This document shows, in pieces, positions 16,680-27,037 of a DNA stretch of 64,000 nucleotides. The notes below the pieces were generated by a model, which saw only the letters and a program-made list of their open reading frames with translations, searched no databases and was not told where the DNA came from. Position 1 is the stretch's first letter. Each line of letters opens with the position of its first letter. Source of the stretch: Alphaproteobacteria bacterium (GTDB lineage Bacteria; Pseudomonadota; Alphaproteobacteria; UBA8366); contig JANQKC010000015.1 of assembly GCA_028281325.1 (NCBI GenBank), positions 20,282-84,281 of the forward strand, given 5' to 3'. The position numbers and the translations under genes are program-made.

Positions 16680-19340
16680 CTCTTAAAAACAATGATGCAA
16701 TGCAAACTTGTCTTCGGAGTTACTCTTGAACAAGGAAGATTTGCATCATCAAAACATGCAACAAACCAAAATAAGAATACTGCAGCGCTTTATACTTATA
16801 ACAAGCGATACGCGGCGAGAACCGAGATTAAGTTATATTTCTAATCCAGCATGAAATGCCGGATTTATCTCGAAGACCGTAACCTTGGTCTTCCCATGTA
16901 AGGTCTTCAAGAGCTTAATATCATAGCTCAGGTCGTAAATATAAACTGGGTCTCCATTGTCTCTAAAAATACCGAGGACTCCATACCACAATAAAAGTTC
17001 TGTCACTTGTTCCCAATACTCCTCCGTAATGTTGAAATCGATGAATAGAAGTTGAAGACCCTCTTCTGAAATTGTCCTTTCAGCATCCATGAACATATAA
17101 ATAATGTCTTCTACCATGGACCATATGTCCCGAATTTCGTAACTGATTTCTTGTATCAAATCACGGGAATGAACCTTAATTCCGTCTCGAAAATCCTCCT
17201 CTTCGATTTTGTTATGTCCACGATTAATCGCAAATCCGCGGCAATGGTTTAGACAATCAATCAACTCACGCGGTCGCATGAGCGATCGGTCAATCAAGAA
17301 TTGGCAACTCTCTTCGCCATCAACGTGGGTAGCCGCAATACTGCGCCATACCTGCATAAAATCAGTATCAGAACTTAGATCATTGACGATCAATCGGCGC
17401 CTAAGCAGTTCCCTTAAGCTATCGGCGTCTGTCCAATCCAGTAATACCTTTGTCTCTTTACCACGGTCAGGTGTTTCTCCTACTAAAAGCTCGTAAACAT
17501 CGTTCCTCAAGCAAACTATGCTCTTACAAAAGATATCTCTTGAATTAAATTCCCTCTCTATTTTTCTTGTAGATTCTAATAACGTCCTGATAATAATTAA
17601 ATCTGTTCTTTTGATTCCATGAGTCTGCCACCCTTTATCCACATTATCTATTATCAGCCACACTTGATCTTTTATTTTCAAATATTCACAAATATTTTCT
17701 CTAAGCTCTCGAATATCATGCTTATACAATAGTTCCGTGACCTGAGCTTGTGTCAAACTTGTTACCTTAGAGCCAAATCTCGACCTAAAATCATCCTGAA
17801 TTCGAGAGATTAGTTGAGACATTCGTTCTGAAAAATCACCTTCACTAACGAACTCGTCGGCATCATATAACTCAGATAGGTCTCTATAGGGTTCGTAAAT
17901 ACTGGGATCTCTCGTATGAACGACACGGTCTTTCTCAAGTAATTTATGGGCAACTTCAAGCAATAATACATATTCCCAGAATGCCGTTATTAAATGATCT
18001 AATGCACCCTCAGTAAGAAGTCCGAATATATCTTCTTTGAACTTGATTAATTTGTAACTTTCGGGCTTCAAATCGATTACTATATTTTGTCTATTGCGCC
18101 TAAGTACATTTCGCAAATGTGCGAACAACGCACTCTTACCTGAACCTTTTCGTCCAAGAACAACTCGAACTTCGCCTCTCAGCGCTCTACGAAAAGCGTC
18201 AGTCTCCACGTAGTATTCTGAAATATTTTGGAACTCATTCTCTGCAGCGGACGCACCAAGGTGCAATCGCTCTAGAAAAGTCCTGGGCTCCGCAATGAGC
18301 GCTGGTGCCTCACCTTGAAATGCGAGCGTTACTTGAGGCGCGAACTCCGCAATCGCTTCATCAATCTGTGTTGGATGTCGGCAAACTGTTACGATATCGC
18401 GGTAGTCGATCGGTACAGGCTCGTCCCCAAACTGGATAAAGCAGAGATGTTTTCCCATTCCCGCTGCTAATCCAGCGACAAACGCAGCCCGGAGATTGTG
18501 ATACTCATGATCCACAATCTCGCTTGGCAGCAATGAAACAATTACCCCATGAGACTGAGCTACGTTCGAAACAGCATTCAATGCAGACATTCGTTGCGAT
18601 TCATTTGGGTCAAAACTTCGAAAAAAGAGTTTCGCCTTCTTGACGCGAGAAACAATTCGAACAAGCGGGTCCGTTTTAAACTTACCATCAAGTAAGTATA
18701 CTGGTGCTTTTTCATTTATTCTTTCACTGGAGAAGTCAATTGATCCTAAATCTGATACATTCCTAATAACGCCTACTAAATCTGATGAATTTTCATAATT
18801 TTTCCAACCAATTGTATCAAATATCCCAAGTTCGCTCAGTTTCTTATTGTCGTCTTCGATCCCAGCAAATCTGACTAATACAATTTTCTTTCTGCTTCCA
18901 ATTGCAAAGCCCAGTTCATACACAACATTAAAATTCAGGACACTAACATCCGCGATAAAGCAATCGCTGTCCGTAATGCCTCCAAGAACCTCCGTTGCGA
19001 TAAACCTCCCTGCTACATCAAGCTCTCTCCAAGTTTTAAAAGACGCTATCAGAGCCAACGTTCGAAGTTGCTTAGCCGCCGCCTCAATAGTTTGCCCAAC
19101 CATTGGAGGATTGGCAGGATATGCAATAAAACCGGAAACTGCTGCCATATCGATTTAACGTCCCACACGTTTTTCCGACTAGATGCCTGTTGAGTGGTCC
19201 GAAGAATGAGATTAGCTCAAATCTGTCGCACACAATCAATGCTGTTAACACCTGGATATTAAGAGAATTAGAATACAATCTTATAGAGAATTTTTATCCA
19301 TAAAATACCGAAATCTTTAAACCTGATTTGTAGCGTATTT
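16680..19340. other. AT-rich, probably horizontally acquired single-gene islet
   Basis: Abrupt compositional shift (about low-40s % GC by eye versus mid-60s); no integrase or transposase seen; boundaries approximate. Confidence 0.75.
16833..19148 (-). CDS. Sll1717-family (STAND-like) P-loop ATPase with two N-terminal nucleoside deoxyribosyltransferase/TIR-like domains; AT-rich
   Basis: IADVSVLNFNVVYELGFAIG; degenerate second copy HNLRAAFVAGLAAGMGK; GASAAENE; Walker A GRKGSGKS; Walker B LIIDNVD; RPRELI; C-terminal INPAF. Confidence 0.8.
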   Translation of the reverse strand: MAAVSGFIAYPANPPMVGQTIEAAAKQLRTLALIASFKTWRELDVAGRFIATEVLGGITDSDCFIADVSVLNFNVVYELGFAIGSRKKIVLVRFAGIEDDNKKLSELGIFDTIGWKNYENSSDLVGVIRNVSDLGSIDFSSERINEKAPVYLLDGKFKTDPLVRIVSRVKKAKLFFRSFDPNESQRMSALNAVSNVAQSHGVIVSLLPSEIVDHEYHNLRAAFVAGLAAGMGKHLCFIQFGDEPVPIDYRDIVTVCRHPTQIDEAIAEFAPQVTLAFQGEAPALIAEPRTFLERLHLGASAAENEFQNISEYYVETDAFRRALRGEVRVVLGRKGSGKSALFAHLRNVLRRNRQNIVIDLKPESYKLIKFKEDIFGLLTEGALDHLITAFWEYVLLLEVAHKLLEKDRVVHTRDPSIYEPYRDLSELYDADEFVSEGDFSERMSQLISRIQDDFRSRFGSKVTSLTQAQVTELLYKHDIRELRENICEYLKIKDQVWLIIDNVDKGWQTHGIKRTDLIIIRTLLESTRKIEREFNSRDIFCKSIVCLRNDVYELLVGETPDRGKETKVLLDWTDADSLRELLRRRLIVNDLSSDTDFMQVWRSIAATHVDGEESCQFLIDRSLMRPRELIDCLNHCRGFAINRGHNKIEEEDFRDGIKVHSRDLIQEISYEIRDIWSMVEDIIYMFMDAERTISEEGLQLLFIDFNITEEYWEQVTELLLWYGVLGIFRDNGDPVYIYDLSYDIKLLKTLHGKTKVTVFEINPAFHAGLEI

Positions 19341-19486
19341 GTCCCGCCGCACCCTTATCCCTATCCTGCTTCGATGACAGTTCACGCTGCCCGGCGCTTC
19401 CGCCATGGCGGTTCCTTCGGAAAGGATAGCCCCGTGCACCTCTGCATCCCCGCGCAACCCCTTCGACGCTTGGCCCAAGGCCGCTG

Positions 19487-20671
19487 ATGGGGGCGCTCGA
19501 CAGCATTCGCGTGCTCGATGTCAGCCAGGTGCTGGCGGGGCCGTTCTGCGGGCAGCTCATGGCGGATAACGGGGCCGAGGTGATCCGGGTGGAATCGCTG
19601 GACGGCGATCTGTGCCGCCGCTTCCCGCCGGACCGGGGCGGCCAGAGCACAACCTTCCTCGCCGTCAACCGGGGCAAGCGCGGCCTCGCGTTGAACCTGA
19701 AGACCGAGGAAGGCCGCGGCGTGCTGCACCGGCTGGCCGAGCACGCGGATATCATGATCCAGAGCTTCCTGCCGGACCGCGCGAAACAACTCGGCCTCGA
19801 CTACGACACGATCCACGGCCTCAACCGCGACCTCATCCACGTCACCATTTCCGGCTATGGCGCGACCGGGCCGCTGAAGGACAAGGCGGGGCTCGACATG
19901 ATGGTGTCGGCCTATGCCGGCATCATGGGCCTGACCGGAGAGCCCGACAGGTCGCCCATGCGGCCCGGCACCCCGGCGACCGACATGAGCACCGGCATGA
20001 TCGCCTACGGGGCGGCGATGACCGCGCTGGTCGCACGCGGCAACGGCCAGGGCGGACAGGCAGTGAACGTTTCGCTGATGGAAACCGCGCTCAACCTGTT
20101 GGCGTTCAACGCGACCCACTGGCTGGTCGAGGGAGAGGTGCCGGTGCGCGAAGGATCGGGTTTCGCCGAACTCGCGCCTTACGGTGCGTTCGACGCGGCG
20201 GACGGGCCGATCATCGTCGGCGCGCCCAACGAAGCCGGCTGGCAGCGCCTCTGCGCCGCGTTGGGCCGCGAGGATCTGCGCGACGATCCGCGCTTCGCCG
20301 CCAACGCCGACCGCATCGCCAACCGGCCCGCGCTCAACGCGGAAATCCAGACGGTCCTGAAATCCGCCACCGTCGCGGAGTGGATCGAACGCTTCGACGC
20401 CACCGGCGCGGTCGCCGCGCCGGTCCATTCGATGGATCAGGTGTTCGCCCAGGAACAGGTCAAGGCGACCGGCATGATCGTTCCCACCCAGGACCGCGAC
20501 GGCGGCACGGTCGACCTGGTCGGCCCGCCCTTCAAGCTGAGCGAAACGCCGCCGGAACCGGGCGACGCGCCGCCCCGCCTGGGGGAACACACCGAAGCGG
20601 TGCTGCGAGACGACCTGGGACTGACAGACACGGACATCGCCGCGCTGCGCCAGGCCGGAGCGATTTCCTAA
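19487..20671 (+). CDS. CaiB/BaiF class III CoA-transferase
   Basis: LAGPFCGQLMADNGAEVIRVE, NRGKR, PPRLGEHT. Confidence 0.92.
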   Translation: MGALDSIRVLDVSQVLAGPFCGQLMADNGAEVIRVESLDGDLCRRFPPDRGGQSTTFLAVNRGKRGLALNLKTEEGRGVLHRLAEHADIMIQSFLPDRAKQLGLDYDTIHGLNRDLIHVTISGYGATGPLKDKAGLDMMVSAYAGIMGLTGEPDRSPMRPGTPATDMSTGMIAYGAAMTALVARGNGQGGQAVNVSLMETALNLLAFNATHWLVEGEVPVREGSGFAELAPYGAFDAADGPIIVGAPNEAGWQRLCAALGREDLRDDPRFAANADRIANRPALNAEIQTVLKSATVAEWIERFDATGAVAAPVHSMDQVFAQEQVKATGMIVPTQDRDGGTVDLVGPPFKLSETPPEPGDAPPRLGEHTEAVLRDDLGLTDTDIAALRQAGAIS

Positions 20672-20783
20672 AGGCAACGGCGCGACAATCTGTCCCTGGC
20701 GTCCGGTCCGAGCCCTTCACACATCTTTGCAAGGTCTCACGGAAGCGGCGTGCGGCGAAGACCGTGCGCCCGGAGAAAGACGC

Positions 20784-21155
20784 ATGGACCACGCTATATC
20801 CCTTACGGATGCCCATGACGCCGTCACGCAAGCGCTCGCCGCCGGCACCTCCCCCGGCGGTCTGCCCGCCGCGCAACTGCTCGAGCGGGAGACGCTGAAA
20901 CTGTATTTCTACGAGCCGCGCGGGCAGGACAAACAGCCGCCGCACGACCAGGACGAGGTCTATGTCGTGATGGCCGGCTCGGGCACCTTCGCCGTGGGCG
21001 ACAGCCAGGAGTCCTTGTCCCGCCGCCCGTTCAAGGCCGGCGATGCCATCTTCGTTCCGGCAGGCGCAATCCACCGCTTCGAGGACTTCACCGACGATTT
21101 CGAAACCTGGGTCATCATGTACGGCCCCGATGGGGGCGAAAGACCGCGCACATAG
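20784..21155 (+). CDS. Cupin domain protein
   Basis: QPPHDQDEVYVV..G.G, FVPAGAIHRF. Confidence 0.85.
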   Translation: MDHAISLTDAHDAVTQALAAGTSPGGLPAAQLLERETLKLYFYEPRGQDKQPPHDQDEVYVVMAGSGTFAVGDSQESLSRRPFKAGDAIFVPAGAIHRFEDFTDDFETWVIMYGPDGGERPRT

Positions 21156-21164
21156 AGACCGAGG

Positions 21165-22055
21165 TCACGGCCCTTCCAGTTCCTCCAGCGTCTTCGGCCA
21201 ATCGCCCTTGAGCAGGCGAGAGAGCGCCCGGTCGGCGAGCAGTTTTCCCCCGGTCTGGCAGGCGGCGCAGTAATTGGTTTCGTTGCTGGCGTAGCGGATG
21301 CGCTGCACCGGCGCGTCGCAAACCGGGCAGGGTTTGCCGTAGCGGCCGTGTACCGCCATGCCATCGCGGAAGGCGGTGACCTTCATGGGAAAACCGTCGC
21401 TGGTTTCCTTCCGCAGCCGCTCGACCCAGAGCGTGAGCGTCTCGCGCGCCGCCGTGAACAGCCTTTCGATCTCCGCATCGGTCAGCTTCTGCGTCCGGGT
21501 GATCGGCGAGAGCTTCGCCGCATGCAGGATTTCGTCGGAATAGGCGTTGCCGATCCCGCTGAACAGTTTCGGGTCGGTGAGCGCGCGTTTGACCGTGTGG
21601 TTGTTCCGCCGCAGCGCCTCGCGAAAGGCCGGCAGGTCGATCTTCAGCGGCTCCAGCCCGCCCGGGTCGAGCGCCGCGAGCCCCGCTTCACCCTCAACCA
21701 CGTGAAGCGACGCGCGTTTCTTCGACCCCGCCTCGGTCAGGACGAGGCTGCCGTCGGCGAAGTCGAACGCCGCCAGATCGCGCTTGCCCGCCAGCTTCGC
21801 GCCCGGGTCTTTCCAATGCAGCCGCCCCGCGATCATCAGATGCAGCACGAGCCAAAGATCACCCTCTAACCCGATGGCGATGCGCTTGCCGATGCGGCGG
21901 AACCCGGTCACCCGCTTGCCGTGCGCAGCGCTCAACGGCGGCTGGACGGTCCGCAACAGGAAGGGGCTGCGGCAGCGCACCGCCAACAGGTCGGCCCCGC
22001 CGATATGACGGTCCAGCGCGTCGAGATAGAGTTCCACATCCGGCAGTTCGGGCAT
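21165..22055 (-). CDS. Fpg/Nei family DNA glycosylase
   Basis: N-terminal PELPDVE, HLMIAG, H2[13 protein letters not shown], zinc finger CPVC..CAAC. Confidence 0.92.
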   Translation of the reverse strand: MPELPDVELYLDALDRHIGGADLLAVRCRSPFLLRTVQPPLSAAHGKRVTGFRRIGKRIAIGLEGDLWLVLHLMIAGRLHWKDPGAKLAGKRDLAAFDFADGSLVLTEAGSKKRASLHVVEGEAGLAALDPGGLEPLKIDLPAFREALRRNNHTVKRALTDPKLFSGIGNAYSDEILHAAKLSPITRTQKLTDAEIERLFTAARETLTLWVERLRKETSDGFPMKVTAFRDGMAVHGRYGKPCPVCDAPVQRIRYASNETNYCAACQTGGKLLADRALSRLLKGDWPKTLEELEGP

Positions 22056-22178
22056 AAGCTCAGCCTCGCCCGCCGTACCGTTCGCGATCAAGCCTCAAAT
22101 CGTTTCCCAACAGGTTTCCGCCGCGCAGATAATATCTAAGTCTCAGACAATGGATTGTGAATCGACGGGAAGTGGCCT

Positions 22179-22559
22179 ATGCGACGCGGTTTCACGAATA
22201 TTCTCAGCGGCGATGTGCAAACGGCCGCCGAATTCTACGAAAAGCTGCTCGGCATGAGACGCCACTTCGAGTCCGACTGGTTCATTATCCTGATCCACGA
22301 GGCGATGGACGGATGGGAGTTCGGTATCCTGCAGCGCGACCACGATGTCGTGCCGGCCCCTGTCCGGTCCGCGCCCGCAGGGGTTATCGTCACCTTCGTC
22401 GTCGACGACTGCGACCGCCTGCACCGCGCCGCCGTCGACCTCGGCGCCGATATCATCGAGCCGCCGACCGACATGCCCTACGGGCAGCGGCGCATGCTGT
22501 TACGCGATCCGGACGGCACCGTGCTCGACATCAGCGCACCAACGGTGCCAATGCGATAG
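22179..22559 (+). CDS. VOC/glyoxalase family protein
   Basis: FYEKLLG, PTDMPYGQRR..RDPDG. Confidence 0.85.
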   Translation: MRRGFTNILSGDVQTAAEFYEKLLGMRRHFESDWFIILIHEAMDGWEFGILQRDHDVVPAPVRSAPAGVIVTFVVDDCDRLHRAAVDLGADIIEPPTDMPYGQRRMLLRDPDGTVLDISAPTVPMR

Positions 22560-22581
22560 GCCGCCGCTCCATCCCCACGGA

Positions 22582-23250
22582 TCATTCGGTCAGGTCGATG
22601 AATTCGTCCACGTAGCCGTGGTACTGCTGGGTCTTCGGCTTGTCCTTGTCCTCGTCCAAGACATAGCGGATCGAGCTTTGGCCCTTCAGCGCGCGCGGCA
22701 GGATCATGCAGCGGATGAATCGCGTCGGCTCCGCCGCGTCGGCCTGCGCGAAGACCGGGTCAGGGCCGGATTCGAACCATGCTTCGCCGGGACCGAAGGG
22801 TGTCGAATGCCCCTCCGCATCGATGCGGATTTTGCCGTGCAACAGGCAGCGGATGCCCGGCCCCTGATGCACATGGGTATAGGCGCAGCCGCCCGGCGGG
22901 AAGGACACGGAGTCGCAGCGCATCAACCACTGTTGCCCGTCGCCGGGATCGAGCGTGTCGACCGCCGCCGTCAGCTTGTGGGCCGTCTCCACGCCCGGCC
23001 CCTTCGCCGAAATCGCGTCTGACTCCGCCTGCACCACCTCCCAACGCCAGAGCGTGGCCCCCGCCTCCCCGGCCCGCATGGCGGTCTCGTGCGCACCGGT
23101 CAGGATCGCCTGATCCTCGTAAAGGTCATGGTCGCCGATCAGGACGCTGCCCTGCACCACATAGACGATACGGTTGGCCGCGGGCAACGGCGTTTCGAGT
23201 TCGGCGCTCGGCTTGAGCGTGTCCTCATATTGCCGGAGTTCCAGGCTCAT
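22582..23250 (-). CDS. Cupin domain protein
   Basis: AYTHVHQGPGIRCLL.G, GEAWFESGPDPV; ATGA overlap with the upstream gene. Confidence 0.78.
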   Translation of the reverse strand: MSLELRQYEDTLKPSAELETPLPAANRIVYVVQGSVLIGDHDLYEDQAILTGAHETAMRAGEAGATLWRWEVVQAESDAISAKGPGVETAHKLTAAVDTLDPGDGQQWLMRCDSVSFPPGGCAYTHVHQGPGIRCLLHGKIRIDAEGHSTPFGPGEAWFESGPDPVFAQADAAEPTRFIRCMILPRALKGQSSIRYVLDEDKDKPKTQQYHGYVDEFIDLTE

Positions 23251-24044
23251 GACAGTTCCTCCGTGCCGAAGTCGGCCGGGCTGGTGATTTCCAGGATTTG
23301 GCAGTCTTCCGACCGGCGCAGCAGGTCGTGCGGGATACCCGGCGCCTGGTTCACGCAGTCGCCGTCCTCCAAATCGACCACGCCATGCGGCCCGTAATCG
23401 AAGGCGCAGGTGCCCGACACCACGAACACCATCTGAAAGTCGAGGTCGTGGCGGTGCAGGCCGGTCGGTCCCGGCATCGGTTCCCGGCACCGGCTGACAT
23501 GGGCATTGACCCGCCCGCCCGTGGCCGCGGCGATGCCCAAATCGCGGCGTTCGAGCCAGGGCCTTAGCGGGTGGCTGGTAAAGGGCGTCTCCGCCGCATG
23601 CGATACGCTGTAGCGGGAAACGACACCGGTCGACGGGTCGGGCTCGACATAATCTTCGAGGCCGGTTTCCTCGGTCGGGAAATCGCCGGGCGACACCACT
23701 TCGAGGACCATGCAGTCGGCGGTCCGATCGGTCTGCTGATGGACGATGCCCGACGGCTGGTGAATGCAATCGCCGGGACCGACGACGACCTCGCCGTATT
23801 GGCCGTATTCGAAGGTCGCCTGCCCCTGCAACACGAAGACGACCTGGACGTCGAGGTCGTGGCGGTGCAACCCGGTGCCACCCGGCATCGCCTGCAGCGA
23901 ATGGCTGATGCTGGCGCGCCAGCGGCCGCCCGTGGCTTCCTTGATGCCGAGATCGCGGTATTCCAGGAAAGACCGGAGACCGCCGGATTCGAACCGGGCG
24001 TCGCGCGCCCGGCTCACGCTGAATTCATTGACCGGATTTCCCAT
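23247..24044 (-). CDS. Bicupin with an internal tandem duplication
   Basis: RDLGI..ATGGR...TGLHRHDLD.Q.VFV..G...F.YG..G occurs twice. Confidence 0.82.
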   Translation of the reverse strand: MGNPVNEFSVSRARDARFESGGLRSFLEYRDLGIKEATGGRWRASISHSLQAMPGGTGLHRHDLDVQVVFVLQGQATFEYGQYGEVVVGPGDCIHQPSGIVHQQTDRTADCMVLEVVSPGDFPTEETGLEDYVEPDPSTGVVSRYSVSHAAETPFTSHPLRPWLERRDLGIAAATGGRVNAHVSRCREPMPGPTGLHRHDLDFQMVFVVSGTCAFDYGPHGVVDLEDGDCVNQAPGIPHDLLRRSEDCQILEITSPADFGTEELS

Positions 24045-24076
24045 GACGCGGCGACCCCTTCCCGATGCGGTTTATC

Positions 24077-24670
24077 CTATTCGTTGTCGGTGCGCGCCCG
24101 CCGGCCGAGATAGCCGCCGTGATGACGCAGGCCGTAATCGTGTTTCGTAACCCCTTTCCGCTCCATCAGGACCAGCGTCAGCGCGTCGCCGATGGCGTGC
24201 ATCACCACCGTGCTGGCCGACGGGGTCAATCCGAGCGGACAAGGCTCCACGATCTCGCCCATATCCAGCACGATATCGCTTAAGTCGCGTAAATCCGAAT
24301 CCGCGTGCGACGTGATGCCGATGATCTTGCCGGCGTGGAGGTGGCGGCTGAACTCCAGCAGTTCCATGACCTCGCGTGTCTTGCCGCTCGTCGAGTAGGC
24401 GACGATGCAGTCGCCTTCCGCGATCAGTCCGAGATCGCCATGCGCCGCTTCGCCCGGATGGACGAAGACCGCCGGCGTGCCGGTCGAGCACATCGTGGTG
24501 GCGAACTTGCGCGCGACCAGACCGGCTTTGCCCATGCCGGTGGCAACGACCTTCCCCTTGCAGTCGTAGAGCGCGTCGAGCGCCCGTTCGAAGGACTCGT
24601 CCACGGTGATTGCGGAAATGGCGGCGGCTTCCGCGGCGAGAATCCGCCGTACGCGCTCTTGAGTATTCAT
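24077..24670 (-). CDS. KpsF/GutQ-type sugar phosphate isomerase, SIS domain only
   Basis: TGMGKAG, HPGEAAHGDLG, EPCPLGLTPSAS, HHGGYLG; no CBS domains. Confidence 0.88.
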   Translation of the reverse strand: MNTQERVRRILAAEAAAISAITVDESFERALDALYDCKGKVVATGMGKAGLVARKFATTMCSTGTPAVFVHPGEAAHGDLGLIAEGDCIVAYSTSGKTREVMELLEFSRHLHAGKIIGITSHADSDLRDLSDIVLDMGEIVEPCPLGLTPSASTVVMHAIGDALTLVLMERKGVTKHDYGLRHHGGYLGRRARTDNE

Positions 24671-24767
24671 GATGATCGACAGTCCGTTACCGTTGAAGAC
24701 AAGCCAGCGTCAGCGCAAGCCTAGCCGCCTGCGGGTGTTTAGCGCTTGAACCCTATCGCGACAACCG

Positions 24768-25748
24768 TCAATTCCCGGCTCGTTCGCGGAGGACGGCGGC
24801 CATGGCGGCGCTTTCAGTCACCAGCGTCTCGATGATCTCAGCGACCGGACGGACATCGTGGATCAATCCCGCGACCTGGCCCGCCGCGGTCTGGCGGCGG
24901 TCCTCGTCCCGCTCGGGATGCCGCCCCGCCCGCGCTTTCTTGCGAAGATCGGACAGCACGGCCTTGTCCGCGCCCGCGCGCCGCGCCGCCTCGTAAGCCG
25001 TGAGTTCCGGGGTCGCTATGCAGCGGACCGGCGCGCCGGTCATCGCCTTGGTCACGACGGTATCGGTCGCCGTCATCCGCACGAGCTGATCGACGCCCCA
25101 GGCGTTCAACCCGCTTTCCTCGGACGCCATGAACAGGGTGCCGATCTGCACACCGACCGCGCCGAGCGCAAACGCTGCCAGCATGCCGCGCGCATCGCCG
25201 ATCCCGCCCGCCGCCAGGACCGGGACATCGACCGCATCGACCACCTGCGGCACCAACGGTAGTGTGGCGACGGTCCCCACATGACCGCCCGCCTCGCAGC
25301 CGGATGCGATGATCGCGTCGACGCCTTCCTCGACCATGCGGACTGCGTGGCCGACCGTCGGCACGACCGACAGCACGGTGATGCCGGCGTCCTTGAGCAT
25401 ATGCACCGCGTCCTCGCCCGGATCGGCGCGGCCGGTCGTGACGATGGGCACCGCCATCTCGATGCAGATTCTGGCTCGGGTCTCGGTAAAGCCTCGCCCC
25501 ATCGGCAGGATGTTGACGGCGAAGGGCTTGTCCGTCCGTTGCCTGGTCTCGATGATATCCGCGCGGAGCTTTTCCTCGGTGCCGCCGAATGTTGGCAGGA
25601 TACCCAAGCCGCCCGCCTCGCTGACCGCCGACACCAGATCGACGCTGCCGCCGCCCTGCATCGCGCCCTGAAGGATTGGATGGCGGATGCCCAGCATGTC
25701 GCACACCACCGTATGCATTGTGGACCGGGCCTGCGCCGGATCGCTCAT
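24768..25748 (-). CDS. Nitronate monooxygenase / FabK family flavin oxidoreductase
   Basis: HPILQGAM, GCEAGGH, AAGGIGD, GVQIGT. Confidence 0.88.
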   Translation of the reverse strand: MSDPAQARSTMHTVVCDMLGIRHPILQGAMQGGGSVDLVSAVSEAGGLGILPTFGGTEEKLRADIIETRQRTDKPFAVNILPMGRGFTETRARICIEMAVPIVTTGRADPGEDAVHMLKDAGITVLSVVPTVGHAVRMVEEGVDAIIASGCEAGGHVGTVATLPLVPQVVDAVDVPVLAAGGIGDARGMLAAFALGAVGVQIGTLFMASEESGLNAWGVDQLVRMTATDTVVTKAMTGAPVRCIATPELTAYEAARRAGADKAVLSDLRKKARAGRHPERDEDRRQTAAGQVAGLIHDVRPVAEIIETLVTESAAMAAVLRERAGN

Positions 25749-26749
25749 GCCGCCTTGTACCCGGTAATGCGGGTCAGCACGCCTTCGACGAAGGGCTGCA
25801 CGGCGACCCCGCGGAACCCGGCGCTCTCGAAATACGCAATACAATCCGCTTCCGAATGCGCGACGCCGGTGGTCTCCGCCAGCGCCTGGCCGAGCCCCCA
25901 AAAGGCCGCGCTGACCGGCCCGCGCCGGTCGTCGTTGAGCGTTTCGCCGATCAAGTGCATTTCGCCGCCCGGCAACAAGGCGTCATGCGCCTTGGTGATG
26001 ACGTTCTGGATCGTCTCCGGCCCGTACATGGGCAAGTTGCTGGCCATGACCACGACATCCGCATCTTCCGGGAAGGGGTCGGCGGTGAAATCGCCGGCGA
26101 CCGCCTCGACCCGGTCCGACACGCCGTTCTCGGCAATGAACGCGCGCGCGACTTCGGCCACCGGCGGCAGGTCGAACACGACCGCGCGCAGATGCGCCCA
26201 GGTATCGGCGGCGACGATGCAATAGGCGCCCGACCCGCCGCCAAGATCCAGCAGCTTCTTGCGCCCCGACAGGTCGACCTGCCGCGCGAAGCGCCGCGCC
26301 GCGCCCATGCCGATGCTGTAGGTCGCGTCATGATAGGCGCGCGCCTGTTCCACCGTGTATCCGGCGATATCGGGCAAGAGTTTCAGTTCCGGCGCCCGTA
26401 AATGATCGGTCAACCGCCCCCACTCGTTCCAAGCGGGTTTGGTGAACAGCATCCAGTCGCCGGCATAGCGATGGCTTCCCTTGACCAGAAACCGATCGAC
26501 ATCCGGCGCATTCGCGTAGCCGCCGTCCCGAATTTCCACCAAGTCCAGCGCGACGCACATGGTCACCAGGCGTTCGGCGTTGACCGGATGGATTTCGAGC
26601 GCCTGGGCGATCGCCGGAATGTCGCGCGCGCCCTCGCTGATCGCGGTGAACAGGCCGAGTTCGACCGCCGCCATCAGCGCGGCGGATTGACCATAGGCCT
26701 GCGCGTACGCTTGCAGGCGTGTGGTGTCGAGTTTCTTCTCTTGCGTCAT
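25745..26749 (-). CDS. O-methyltransferase with dimerisation domain
   Basis: AAVELGLF, LDLGGGSG, VFDLPPV, GDF. Confidence 0.88.
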   Translation of the reverse strand: MTQEKKLDTTRLQAYAQAYGQSAALMAAVELGLFTAISEGARDIPAIAQALEIHPVNAERLVTMCVALDLVEIRDGGYANAPDVDRFLVKGSHRYAGDWMLFTKPAWNEWGRLTDHLRAPELKLLPDIAGYTVEQARAYHDATYSIGMGAARRFARQVDLSGRKKLLDLGGGSGAYCIVAADTWAHLRAVVFDLPPVAEVARAFIAENGVSDRVEAVAGDFTADPFPEDADVVVMASNLPMYGPETIQNVITKAHDALLPGGEMHLIGETLNDDRRGPVSAAFWGLGQALAETTGVAHSEADCIAYFESAGFRGVAVQPFVEGVLTRITGYKAA

Positions 26750-27037
26750 GGCTGTCACGCTACCACAGCACCGCCAGGGCGCGAGAACCGACGCGACATT
26801 TTGGCGCGAAACCCGTGGGCAAGGCCGACGCGGGTCAAAGCCTCACACCGTAGATTCGCCCGTCACGATCTTCATACGATCAAAGCTCTGTATCTGCGTC
26901 ATCAAACCGCTAAAATCGATCCCATTAGGGGATACGCCTACGGCATTCGAACAAGAACAGACAATGACGATGCCTCGAAATGCGCTATCGGCTGGGAGAG
27001 TCGGCCGGCCCGGGAACGCGTGAGCGACGGGGCCGAT

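Noticed and set aside
16680-19340. IS, integron cassette or prophage remnant
   Set aside because: No transposase or integrase, terminal inverted repeat pair, target duplication or attC-like site identified
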